A stretch of DNA of 64,000 nt, from assembly GCA_002269645.1 (NCBI GenBank), contig NIVC01003591.1, positions 35,559-99,558 on the forward strand. Reading direction: 5' to 3'. The position numbers were made by a program, and so were the translations under genes. A model generated the notes under the pieces. That model searched no databases. It saw only the letters and a list, made by a program, of their open reading frames with translations, and was not told where the DNA came from. The DNA comes from Macrostomum lignano. Its lineage: Eukaryota. Shown here piece after piece: positions 41,462 to 52,699 of the stretch (positions within the stretch are counted from its first letter, which is position 1; each line of letters starts with the position of its first letter).

Positions 41462-42835
41462 GCAAGAATTAACCTCACTAGACTCAGTGTACCTGAGTGC
41501 AAGGTGAGAATTAACCTCACTAGACTCAGTGTACCTGAGTGTAAGGTGAGAATTAACCTCACTAGACTCAGTGTACCTGAGTGCAAGGTGAGAATTAACC
41601 TCACTAGACTCAGTGTACCTGAGTGCAAGGTGAGAATTAACCTCACTAGACTCAGTGTACCTGAGTGTAAGGTGAGAATTAACCTCACTAGACTCAGTGT
41701 ACCTGAGTGCAAGGTGAGAATTAACCTCACTAGACTCAGTGTACCTGAGTGCAAGGTGAGAATTAACCTCACTAGACTCAGTGTACCTGAGTGCAAGGTG
41801 AGAATTAACCTCACTAGACTCAGTGTACCTGAGTGCAAGGTGAGAATTAACCTCACTAGACTCAGTGTACCTGAGTGTAAGGTGAGAATTAACCTCACTA
41901 GACTCAGTGTACCTGGGTGTAAGGTGAGAATCAACCTCACTAGACTCAGTGTACCTGAGTGTAAGGTGAGAATTAACCTCACTAGACTCAGTGTACCTGA
42001 GTGTAAGGTGAGAATTAACCTCACTAGACTCAGTGTACCTGAGTGTAAGGTGAGAATTAACCTCACTAGACTCAGTGTACCTGAGTGTAAGGTGAGAATT
42101 AACCTCACTAGACTCAGTGTACCTGGGTGTAAGGTGAGAATTAACCTCACTAGACTCAGTGGACCTGGGTGTAAGGTGAGAATTAACCTCACTAGACTTA
42201 GTGTACCTGAGTGCAAGGTGAGAATTAACCTCACTAGACTCAGTGTACCTGAGTGTAAGGTGAGAATTAACCTCACTAGACTCAGTGTACCTGGGTGTAA
42301 GGTGAGAATTAACCTCACTAGACTCAGTGGACCTGGGTGTAAGGTGAGAATTAACCTCACTAGACTTAGTGTACCTGAGTGCAAGGTGAGAATTAACCTC
42401 ACTAGACTCAGTGTACCTGAGTGTAAGGTGAGAATTAACCTCACTAGACTCAGTTTACCTGGGTGTAAGGTGAGAATTAACCTCACTAGACTCAGTGTAC
42501 CTGAGTGTAAGGTGAGAATTAACCTCACTAGACTCAGTGTACCTGGGTGTAAGGTGAGAATTAACCTCACTAGACTCAGTGGACCTGGGTGTAAGGTGAG
42601 AATTAACCTCACTAGACTCAGTGTACCTGAGTGTAAGGTGAGAATTAACCTCACTAGACTCAGTGTACCTGAGTGTAAGGTGAGAATTAACCTCACTAGA
42701 CTCAGTTTACCTGAGTGTAAGGTGAGAATTAACCTCACTAGACTCAGTTTACCTGAGTGTAAGGTGAGAATTAACCTCACTAGACTCAGTGGACCTGGGT
42801 GTAAGGTGAGAATTAACCTCACTAGACTCAATGTA
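41462..42835. repeat. 42-bp hairpin-forming minisatellite (aattaacctcactagactcagtgtacctgagtgcaaggtgag)
   Basis: About 33 near-identical copies. Confidence 0.97.
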
Positions 42836-43404
42836 CCTAAGAGACACAAGAACAGAAGCCAAAATGGCAGGTAGGATGTGTCTCGACTCGATTCAACTCA
42901 GGTAGAAACGCAGGCCCAAGCCGTGGCAACTCGCTGACGTCAAGCTATGAGTGCATCCTTGATGAGAATCGACCGCTTCGATCCCGGAGCATGCTCAGTC
43001 GATTAGTGCAAGTGCAAGGCCTATCTGAATATATAGACTAAGACTAAGACTAAGATATATAGGCTAAGACCGGATCGATCGAGAGCGAGAGGCGCTTCTT
43101 GCCGCCACTGCAGCTCCTCAGCCCACACTTTCGAACCGCACTGCCCAGCCCTTCTGGGCAAGAGAATCTCCGGCGCGGCTCGGCAGTGGATTTGGAGAGC
43201 ACTTTTAAGGGAGCATTTTATAGAAACTTTGCGACGAAAAACGTCATGTGCTAGAAGACTGATTGGGTTTTTATTGCTGCAGTCTAGTTTAGAATGAACA
43301 GAACCACTATGGCCTACTATGAGTACTCCAGCTTAGGTATTAGAAATTCTTCCAATGAACACAATTTTCATCGGTGGTAGGAGGCATTTTTTGAGGAACA
43401 CTGT

Positions 43405-43715
43405 GATTAGTGGCGATAATCCAAGGAATACTGGAAAGGTTAGTGGAGATAATCCTCACGAATACTCGTACTATCAAGGTTAGTGGCGATAATCCAAGGA
43501 ATACTGGAAAGGTTAGTGGAGATAATCCTCACGAATACTACCAAGGTTAGTGGCGATAATCCCGATGAATACTGCCAAGGATAGTGAAGATAATCCTCAC
43601 GAATACTACCAAGGTTTGGCGATAATCCCGATGAATACTGCCAAGGATAGTGAAGATAATCCTCACGAATACTACCAAGGTTTGGCGATAATCCCGATGA
43701 ATACTGCCAAGGTTG
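43405..43715. repeat. Composite tandem repeat (ggcgataatcc...gaatact...ccaagg)
   Basis: Alternating ~30-35-bp subunits. Confidence 0.8.
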
Positions 43716-43924
43716 GGCGCTCTTTCGGTAGCTATGGTAGCTCCGGAGAAAGTAGTTACGAGGGTAAGTAGTCTGTTTGAACGCGGCTGTTCTGCCACTG
43801 AATCAACTTTATCGTACTACAAGCTGCACTCAAGGACGTGCTTACTAGTGTCGAAGGATGGGCGACTTCGCTTATTTGAATGTCTTTAAAGTCCACAAAA
43901 ATACACAAAAATACAAACGCGCAT

Positions 43925-44037
43925 GCAGACCCGAGCCGAAATGAAGCCCCAAATTAATGTGACTTCACTTGGAATCGAGTCTAGGCACACTGGCACGTAA
44001 GAGCGCCGATTTGGACCACTATGCTACGCCCCGGCTG
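43925..44037 (-). mobile_element. tRNA-like head fragment of SINE family 2
   Basis: Minus strand ggggcgtagcatagtgg...gactcgattccaagtgaagtcacattaatttgggg matches the head at 39640-39722. Confidence 0.6.
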
Positions 44038-44222
44038 TGTTAGAATGTTAAAAAATATTAAGATACGCACATACTTCGCACATTTAAATTCAATGAATAC
44101 AAATTATAGACAAGCACTGTTATATGCTTGAAAACGAAAACAGATTAAACTGAAGAGACTAACTGTACGCTCGTAACTCCTTGGAATTGACTTACAGTAG
44201 AACTCAGTCTAGTGTAGGAAAT

Positions 44223-44969
44223 TTAGAACACGGACAGGCACTCGCAAAGGTATTTCCGGTTGCTAGAGCATCCGTAATCATCGACGCCGATATTGTGACC
44301 AGCGTAGACAGCCGCACAGCCCTGAATCGGCAACCCACTGCTCGGCCTCTCGGGCTCCCAGACGTCGGCCCGGATGCTCTCGTTGCAGGCGTCCCAGATC
44401 CAGCCTTCCGTTCTGCTTGCAGAGCCCGGAATCTGGTGGCCACCCAGAAACAAACTCTCTACAGGGCTGTTCGACACGCTCTTGATCCACATCAGGTGAC
44501 GGGACTCGTCGGAATCCAGAGCGTCCGCGAACTTCGACAGTCCGGCCTCCTGGCCGCACCGGGAGAGAGCGTCAGCCCAGTTGGTCGCAGGTGAAGCCGA
44601 CACCTTGTATGAGGAACTCGTATCCGGGTGGGCACAGGCGACCCGGAGCTACTCCAGGTAGCGAACTCACGTAAACACGGTCACTCGGTGAGTGCAGTTG
44701 GCCACTGACTGCACTCGGTGGCTGCACTTGTCGAACAGGAACAGCTTGCAGAGGCAGTCGCCATCCGGCAGCGAGAAGGCTCGGCAGTTCGGCATCTTGG
44801 CGCAGTACAGGCTGCAGGACAGCGGATCGCACGAGCCCCACACGGTGTGGGTGAAGCTGGACGTCACGCAGTCAGCGCCAGAGATCGGGTGGAAAGTCGC
44901 TTTCGGAGAGTCGCAAGTTGCACCGCAACTAATTTTGAGACCTAGAAGCAGAAACAGCAGCGGTCGCAT
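44223..44969 (-). pseudogene. PAN + C-type lectin copy 1: +2 insertion (~44674) and 14-nt deletion (44615/44616) with stops between; possibly rescued by splicing
   Basis: Alignment to copies 2 and 3; the downstream CTL frame 44223-44603 is open with all Cys retained. Confidence 0.8.
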
Positions 44970-46344
44970 TTTGGTTGTCTACAGAGTGTCAAGTTTGATA
45001 ACTTAGTGTTCTACGAAATTTAGGAAGTTGATTAGGCTAAAATTGGTTACCTGGCAAGAAAATTTGTGCCATCTCAGTATGGGATGGACTTACTTCACTT
45101 GCATGTTTCCCCAAAGTTAAAATAGCTGGTACAGAAGCCAGTGAGAGGAAATAGTTGCATTGGCCAAGCCAACCCTACAAGATGCGGCCGATGCATTGCG
45201 GCTTTAGCTTCCTGTGCTCAGCACCGTTCCATTTTCCTTCATCGCCAATGCATTCATTAAGTCATTGTGCCCAGGCATCGGTGGGGTGAATGTCGCCACA
45301 ACGCTTCTTTTATCCGGTATGTCTGGTTCTAGATTAAACATCGAGGCTGCTTCCCCGGACACTTTATTGTTGTCGTAGAGTGAAACCCCCACTCTGGCAG
45401 AGTTGCATCGATCTTCCGAATGGATATACGAGACGGATTTCTCTCATTTTAACCGGATGTAGGGACATGCATTGTTGAACCACGCCTAAGACTCTTAGCG
45501 CGAAAATCTTTCGGGTTCGATTCCGTGCTCGGTCACGTTCATTGGGGCTTGTGTTTCCATTACTCTGCTGCGTTCAGTGGATTGCCAATGTACGCGGGGT
45601 TGGAGTAATGGCGTTTAAACGGTGGGTGGTGGGTGGCTGCCTGCATACGACGTATTTTTGCAGCCGCGCGGCGTTTGCTCTTTGCACTCAATTTTTTACC
45701 CCCTTCGTCTCCAGCTGTGTACCTCCTACACCTATCACAGTGAGCTAGATACGCTCGTCTGTCTGAACTGCAAGAACCGCTGAATCATTATACAGCAAAA
45801 GAACTGCGTGGCCTACTATGCAATTATGGGTGCAAATAACAAGGCAAAAGTGCGAGCTTATTCAGCGCCTGCGCCAAGCCATGCAGCAAAGCACGCACAG
45901 CCGGAGATCTGAACGGGGACACCCAGGCCAACAACGAAGAGGCGGCCCTCTCTGCAGCGCTGGGTGCAGCCCGGATCAGTGATGGATTAGACGAGGAGAT
46001 GCCGTGGGACCCCCGTCCCAGTCGGAAGGCGACCGAAGAAGACGGCTTCAGCACGAGGTGGAAGAGCTGGAATGTAGGGTCCTCAAGATCCCGATCTCCT
46101 TCGTGTAGTGAGTGAAACGAGGCTAGACTGCTTGTTGTAGTCGATAGTTGCCGAAAGCTTGTAGGCGAGAATAATAGCGATCAGTATATTTATTGAATTA
46201 TTGTGCTGAGTCAGAATGGTGGCTAAAGTCGCACCATGCACATTTGATATTGTACGCATAAGGGTTGAGCTGGCAGAGTCACGCAGCGCAGCCGCTAACA
46301 ACCCCCCAACACACACACGATAGTAGGCGCTGCCTACACTTCGG

Positions 46345-47280
46345 ATCTATCAAAGTATGGCTTTGCTGTGCATTCGTGATGGTATTTGTATTGAAGCAAT
46401 TATCACCTGCCGGGTAGTATGCAAATTTTTAGTGACGCTGCGTCTCTTATGCTTGGTTCTCAAAATTTCTTTCGTTTTTACGGTCATATCTGCCTTTCGC
46501 CTGACAATTTTGCCATGCGCGCGCTCTCGGTGTCTTCTCGCGCCGCCCTCCGCTTTCAGGTCACCTCTGCTCTCGGGACGGGCCGCCACAGAAGGCAGTC
46601 CCCGCCGATCTGCTCTGCTGTCTCGCCCTCGCAGACAGCTCCTGGCGATCCTACCGAAGCCAATTCAAGGCCTGGTGTGCGTTCAGTGATCAGGCGGGCA
46701 TCGGTCCGACTACCGCTAGCGAGAGAGACCTTGTGCCAGTACGTGGTCCACATGGTGTAATCACGGATCAGCGAGCGAGTTCCGGCTCCGGGCTGGTGCT
46801 GCAGCTGCAGCGGTCCAAGACCAACCAGTTCGGCCAGCGTGTCCACACGGTGCAGCTGCCCTGTCTGGCCGGCGCTGCCTGGTGCCCTCTCAGAGCTGTC
46901 AGGGCTCCCGGAGGCAGCGTTTGAAGCTTCGTCTGCTGGTTTCAATCCGAGTGCCTTCTCTGGCCACAGCCTGCGGTGCGGTGTGCCCAGCTTTGCCCTG
47001 CAGGCGGGGGCGGCCCTGCCTGGCATCATGGCCCTGGGGAGCTACTTCAGTTGACCGTGCCTCTGAGGCCCGCAAGTATCGGGCGGTTGATCAGCTGGTG
47101 TCGCATTGGTAATTCCCCCTCTCTTCTCTGACTGTCTTGTCCTTTTTGGGGTTGGGAGTTCGCCTGCTGCTCCCCCCTATGCTTCTTTGCGCTGTTGCCG
47201 CCTCTTGCTCGCCAAAACGCCGCTTTGTTTGCCTCTTTGCTTGTCCATCTTCACGGTTAAATGCACAAAATTTGAAAAAT
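46345..47280 (+). mobile_element. Decayed DIRS/Ngaro-like retroelement, 3' fragment (RNase H end + partial tyrosine recombinase)
   Basis: LQRSKTNQFGQRVHTVQLPCL..WCP and FSGHSLRCG; paralogous to 54985-56390. Confidence 0.8.
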
Positions 47281-47284
47281 GGGC

Positions 47285-47610
47285 TTTTCGTGCGATTCAC
47301 AGCTATGAGGGCCAAGCCCCAAGGCACAGAGAATGTACATGCTTGACGATTAGACAGTCAGGGCCCATATACACCCTGTGTGAGCGTGTGTCTGAGTGCC
47401 GTGCCTGTGTACAGTCGCGCTTGTCTGTGCTCAGGAGCCAGCGGAATGGGCAGAATTGCTGTCAGCGCTGGTTGTGAGACGATGTCGCCGAAGACGTTGC
47501 GCCAGGGTCCCTGCGGCCCTCCTGCGAACATTCACTTTATCAGCCATTTCTGTACTTTGTTAGAATATTCAGTTGACTAGCAACTGGTCTCATAATTTTA
47601 CTTGCAGCTG
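47285..47610 (+). mobile_element. SINE family 2, headless copy
   Basis: Aligns with 35225-35550 (reverse complement) and 56400-56705. Confidence 0.65.
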
Positions 47611-47809
47611 AATTGATTGATCATCAATCGATTACTAAAAACCAGCTCGAACTACTGCAAGTAATAAGCGCAGTTATTATCTTAGATTTCTACGCCCCAA
47701 TCCAAATGCATCGCATCACATTTTTTTTAATTTTCTTTCTGTTTTCTTTTCATCTTTTACACTTTTACATGCAATGTTTTCAAAACTGCCTTTCATTATC
47801 TTTCTAACT

Positions 47810-49985
47810 TTTTAAAACTCGGTACTACATGTACTTTACGAAATGACCCGAGAAGGCCCGGGCCGCCAGAGACGAGCAGAATGCACCGTTGACGGGGAAG
47901 GACAGGGAGTAATGCGAAAGACAGAAGCCTAGGAAAGGGGAGGCCGCGTCTGGTTCAACCAATGCGCTAAAACCCTCTTCAGCCACCCCCGAGAGCAGAG
48001 CCAACCACCCTAGCAACTGGCTGGTTTGATGCTCCTGGGCTACACTTTTTCAGGAGCTGCGTCCCCACTCTGAACACTGCGAATGAGGGCTGTTGTGAAG
48101 GCCTCAAAAGAGAGTCTTTTTCAGAATATTACAGAAGTAAGAGGGAACGCAAAATCTGCTCCGTTCTGTCGCAGAGTTGAAACCTCCTTTGGCTTTGCAA
48201 TCGCGGCTCAGATCCACTTGAAGCACTTGATTTTACTGCAGGTGGGAACCGAGGTCATTGATTCGGTCAGGACTGAGTTATGGCGTCTGAGAGTGCAAGC
48301 CGACTGCAGACCCGGCACGAGAGTTAGTGAGAAAGGGTCAAAAGAGCACGCTAGGCATGTCTTCTTAGCATGTTAGAAATCCATGTTGAGAGAAAGCCGC
48401 TGTGAAGAAACGCAAGGACGCCAAAACAAAGACTATAGCCAGCAGCATACTAGGATAAAACCAATACAGAAATTTTTTTATTATTTCCATATTAAAGTAA
48501 GCAAGGGGGTCGGCAAACTCCGGCGAGCGGGCCACATGCGGCCCTTTAAAACTGCACAATAGCAATCCTGCATGCTCAAGTTTTGTCTCTTCTCAGTTCT
48601 CCTCTTCTCTCCCTTCTTCTCGTTCAGTCTCCTCTCTCCCTGTCTCTCTTCTTGCCTCTCCCTGTCTCTCCTCTCCTCTCTCCCTGTCTCTCCTCTTGCC
48701 TCTCCCTGTCTCTCCTCTTGTCTCTCCCTGTCTCTCCTCTTGTCTCTCCCTGTCTCTCCTCTCCCCTCTCCCTGTCTCTCCTCTCCCCTCTCCCTGTCTC
48801 TCCTCTCCTCTCTCCCTGTCTCTCCTCTTGCCTCTCCCTGTCTCTCCTCTCCTCTCTCCCTGTCTCTCCTCTCCTCTCTCCCTGTCTCTCCTCTTGCCTC
48901 TCCCTGGATCTCCTCTCCTCTTCCCTCTTCTATCCCCTCTATCTTTTCTCTTATCTCCTATTTAATCTCTCATATTCTATTTCCTATCCTTTCCACTCTC
49001 ATCTGACCGGGAGCCATGAGATTGCTTTGAGGTACGAGTAAAATATTTTTTAACCCCCGAATCAAGCCCAGTGTCATGTGTTACAGCAGTCTCTGCTTAT
49101 TTCATTAAACAATCTTTTTTGTCTAAAAACTGAGCAGCCATGCTCATGAAGTTAAACAGTTGATCTGCATTGAACAGAAAAAAATTCATATGATCGCTGT
49201 GAAAAATGAAAACTTTCCATTCCAATAGTGTTTTCGCTTAAAGCCCAACTTGAAATTCAATGTATTCTTTTAAGAAGCGAATCTTCCTGTCCTTCTACAA
49301 GTATCTGACATCTAACGTGTACTGATGTAGTTTACTGCTATACCAACCCGCACATAGTTGTGGGTGTCACACTAAATGGATTACCATTTTGAATTATGCA
49401 CGATGATCTTCAATATCGATTTTTACTTAGTTCCGATAGCAATGCTATTAGTAAAGGAACATGGAGCAGCTACATAGATAAAACAAAATTGAAAAACTGC
49501 AGTGCGAAGTACACGTGGAAAATTCGCGGAACAGAGGCAGTTCTCGTGCAAAACGATAGCGAATCAGGATCAGAATACGCAATGGCAGTATAATGTAAAG
49601 TCAGCTTTAGTCCTACAAGATTGGGAACAAATTAGGCAGAAAAAAGTTACATGCATTTTTATTTTCAAATCTTCAATCAAAGATTTAAAAAATTAGTGTT
49701 AAAGATCAAATTCAATCTACGATAATAGATAGAGTAGTATGCAGTGAAGTATTGTAGACTGAATATTTTAAGATACGCGAATAAAGTGATAGCATGGGAA
49801 TTATGTCAAGATTTATGGCCAAATTCACAAAGGACAGCCGTGTTTGAATAACAAAGCCGAACAGGTGTTAAGATATTGACGCCTTAGAACAAATATCAAT
49901 AGAACAGCAATGAAGTTTTGCCAACAATATCCTCAATCATTTGATGGTTCTTCGCGACCTTTCATATCTGTCCAGTCTAGTATAG
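47810..49985. repeat. Segment duplicated at 56865-60086 (near-identical apart from minisatellite length)
   Basis: Identical ORF-track peptides (48365 vs 57411) and near-identical flanks by eye. Confidence 0.95.
48590..48925. repeat. 22-23-bp CT-rich minisatellite (ctctccctgtctctcctcttgc), short version
   Basis: Direct reading. Confidence 0.92.
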
Positions 49986-50747
49986 TTAGAACACGGACAG
50001 GCACTCGCAGAGGTACTTCCAGCTTTTAGAGCATTGGGCATCATCGACGCCGATCTTGTGATTAGCATGGACAGCCGCGCAGCCCTCACCAGGCAATCCG
50101 TTGTTCGGCCTCTCGGGCTCCCAGACGTCGGTCCGGATGCTCTCGTTGCAGGCGTCCCAGATCCAGCCTTCCGTTCTGCTTGCAGAGCCCGGAATCTGGT
50201 GGCCACCCAGAAACAAACTCTCTACAGGGCTGTTCGACACGCTCTTGATCCACATCAGGTGACGGGACTCGTCGGAATCCAGAGCGTCCGCGAACTTCGA
50301 CAGTCCGGCCTCCTGGCCGCACCGGGAGAGAGCGTCAGCCCAGTTGGTCGCAGGTTCGGCCGATACCTTGTATGAGGATCCGAACTGAGAGTACTCGTAT
50401 CCGGGTGGGCACAGGCGACCCGCAGCTACTCCAGGTAGCGATCTCACGTACACGGTTACTCGGTGAGTGCAGTTGGCCACTGACTGCACTCGGTGGCTGC
50501 ACTTGTCGAACAGGAACAGCTTGCAGAGGCAGTCGCCATCCGGCATCGAGAAGGCTCGGCAGTTCGGCATCTTGGCGCAGTACAGGCTGCAGGACTGCGG
50601 ATCGCACGAGCCCCACACGGTGTGGGTGAAGCTGGACGTCACGCAGTCAGCGCCAGAGATCGGGTGGAAAGTCGCTTTCGGAGAGTCGCAAGTTGCACCG
50701 CAACTAATTTTGAGACTCAGAAGCAGAAAGAGCAGCGGTCGCAGCAT
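49986..50747 (-). CDS. Secreted PAN/apple + C-type lectin domain protein, copy 2 (253 aa, intronless)
   Basis: Signal MLRPLLFLLLSLKISCG; PAN-like C-x3-C-x5-C; CTL motifs NWADALSRC, LFLGG, WIW, WEPERPNN, GC, VDDAQC, KYLCE. Confidence 0.88.
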   Translation of the reverse strand: MLRPLLFLLLSLKISCGATCDSPKATFHPISGADCVTSSFTHTVWGSCDPQSCSLYCAKMPNCRAFSMPDGDCLCKLFLFDKCSHRVQSVANCTHRVTVYVRSLPGVAAGRLCPPGYEYSQFGSSYKVSAEPATNWADALSRCGQEAGLSKFADALDSDESRHLMWIKSVSNSPVESLFLGGHQIPGSASRTEGWIWDACNESIRTDVWEPERPNNGLPGEGCAAVHANHKIGVDDAQCSKSWKYLCECLSVF

Positions 50748-51604
50748 TTTTGTCTACAGAGTGTCAAGTTTTAGAAATTAGTGTTCTACGAAATTTAGGA
50801 AGCTGATGAGGCTAAGTTTGGTTACCTGTTTCACGCTCCTAAGCAAAGTTTTGCATATCAAAAAAGTTAGCACTCAGTCTGAACCGTGCCCATCACCCTC
50901 TATATGGAGTTTTATGCCATCCCAGCGAAGGGAGCCTATTACACTGGCATGCGTCTCCAAAGCTTAACTAGCTGGTACAGAAGCCAGTGAGAGCAGACAG
51001 TTGCATTGGCCAAGCCAGCCACACCTCGGCCTTAGCTAGCTTGCCATATTCAACACGTTCCATTTTCCTTCATCGTTAATGCATCCGGCCTTTCCAACCA
51101 CTTAACTCAGGCATCGTTGGGGTGAATGTCTCCAGAATGCTTCTTTTATGCGGTATGTCTGGTTCATGAAACATCGAGGCTGCTGCTTTCCCCGGACACT
51201 TTATTGTTGTCGTAGAGTGAGACCCCACTCTGGCAGAGTTGCATCGATCTTCCGAATGGATACACGAGACGATTTATCTCATTTTAACCGGATGTAAGAC
51301 ATGCATTGCTGAACCACGCCTAAGCAACAGACTTTTATCGCGAAAAATGTTCACACTACGAGCTATTTTATGACGCTACGGGGGCGGAGCAACTCAGCGG
51401 TGAACGCGTTCGATTCTGAGCAGAGTAGTGGGGAGCAGAGATGGCAGATTAATGGGGTTTAAACTGTGGGGGCTGGCTACCTGCCTATCTATGCCGCCAC
51501 GTGACCTTTGCTCTCTCGCCACTTTTTGCACTCCATTTTTACCCCTTTCGTCCGTCTATAGCTGTGTACCTCCTACACCTATCACCGTGAGCTAGCTATG
51601 TCTG

Positions 51605-52299
51605 CACCCGTTGAAAAATTATGGAAACATTTACAGGAACTTTTGCCTATGAAAGTTACCAAAAAGTTACCATTCTCGCAGCCAATCGGAAGGCGTACGC
51701 GTTAGGAAACATTTACACACATAGCCAATCAGAGGGCCGGAATATGGTAACTTTTGGCAGAAAAGTTACCAAAAGTTACCATTTCAAATTTACACGTACG
51801 GGGATAGGGAGTTCCCAAAAGTTACCAAAAGTTGCCATTGATGTTTCCATTCGCTTCTGGTGAGAAGCTCCCAAAAGTTACCAAAAGTTGCCATTGATGT
51901 TTCCATTCGTTTCTGTTGAGAAGCTCCCATAAGTTCCCAAAAGTTTCCGTACGTAATGAGTCATGCAGGGCGCCCGCCACTCATGAGGCCACTGATAAGT
52001 TACCATAAGTTGCCGAAAATTCCCAAAAACTCACCAAAAAGTGCTAAAAGTTACCAAAAGTTTCCTAAATGTTGCCATTTTTTTACCTCTCCAAAAAGTT
52101 ACCAAAAGTTACCATTCGCCGCGCTCAATGTTCCTAAAAGTTGCCAAACAGATAGCCAATCAGCGCACGCCACGGTGGCGCCCACCTCTTAAACTTGAAA
52201 AGTAACCACAAGTTACCAAAATTTACCACTATTTAGCCATAAATTGCCATAAGCTACCAAATGTTCCCACAAATTGTTCCCATAATTTTTCAACGGGTG
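51605..52299. mobile_element. Non-autonomous TIR element, CACTA/CMC-like
   Basis: Perfect 20-bp TIRs cacccgttgaaaaattatgg; many internal aaagttacc subrepeats; absent from the paralogous site near 45765. TSD not resolved. Confidence 0.75.
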
Positions 52300-52699
52300 A
52301 ACCCCAAGAACCGCTGAATCATCATACAGCTAAAGAGCTGCGTTACAATTATAGGTGCAAACAACAAGGCAAAAGAGCGAGCTGCGAGCCTGCGCCAAGC
52401 AATGCAGCAAGGCACACACAGCCGCAGATCTGAACGGGGACGCTAGGCTACGCCCTCTCTGTAGCGCTGGGTGCAGCCCGGATCAGCGATGGATCAGACG
52501 AGGAGACTGCCGCGGGGCACCAGTCGGATTTCGACCGAAGAAGGCGGCTTCAGCACGAGGTGGAAGAACTCGAATGTCGGGTCCTCCAGAATGCAAAGCT
52601 CAGCTGCAGCGACAGCTATACTCTGCAACATTGAAAAGTCGCCACCCTATGCGCCAGTGAGCAATTTCTCTTGAACTGTTCTGAAATAAAAGATACGAG

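Noticed and set aside
41425-42874. Long ORFs on both strands; similarity of aattaacctcacta to the T3 promoter
   Set aside because: The ORFs are a by-product of a 42-bp unit. The T3 match is partial and embedded in a genomic repeat, not vector sequence.
45840-46085. Possible RTE-LINE 5' remnant (KSWNVGSS), duplicated at ~52350-52590
   Set aside because: Only a short endonuclease-start-like motif; too weak to call without a search.
48500-48545. hAT-Charlie-like terminus (ggggtcggcaaact..gcgggccacatgcggccc), also at ~57550
   Set aside because: No matching opposite TIR or TSD found.
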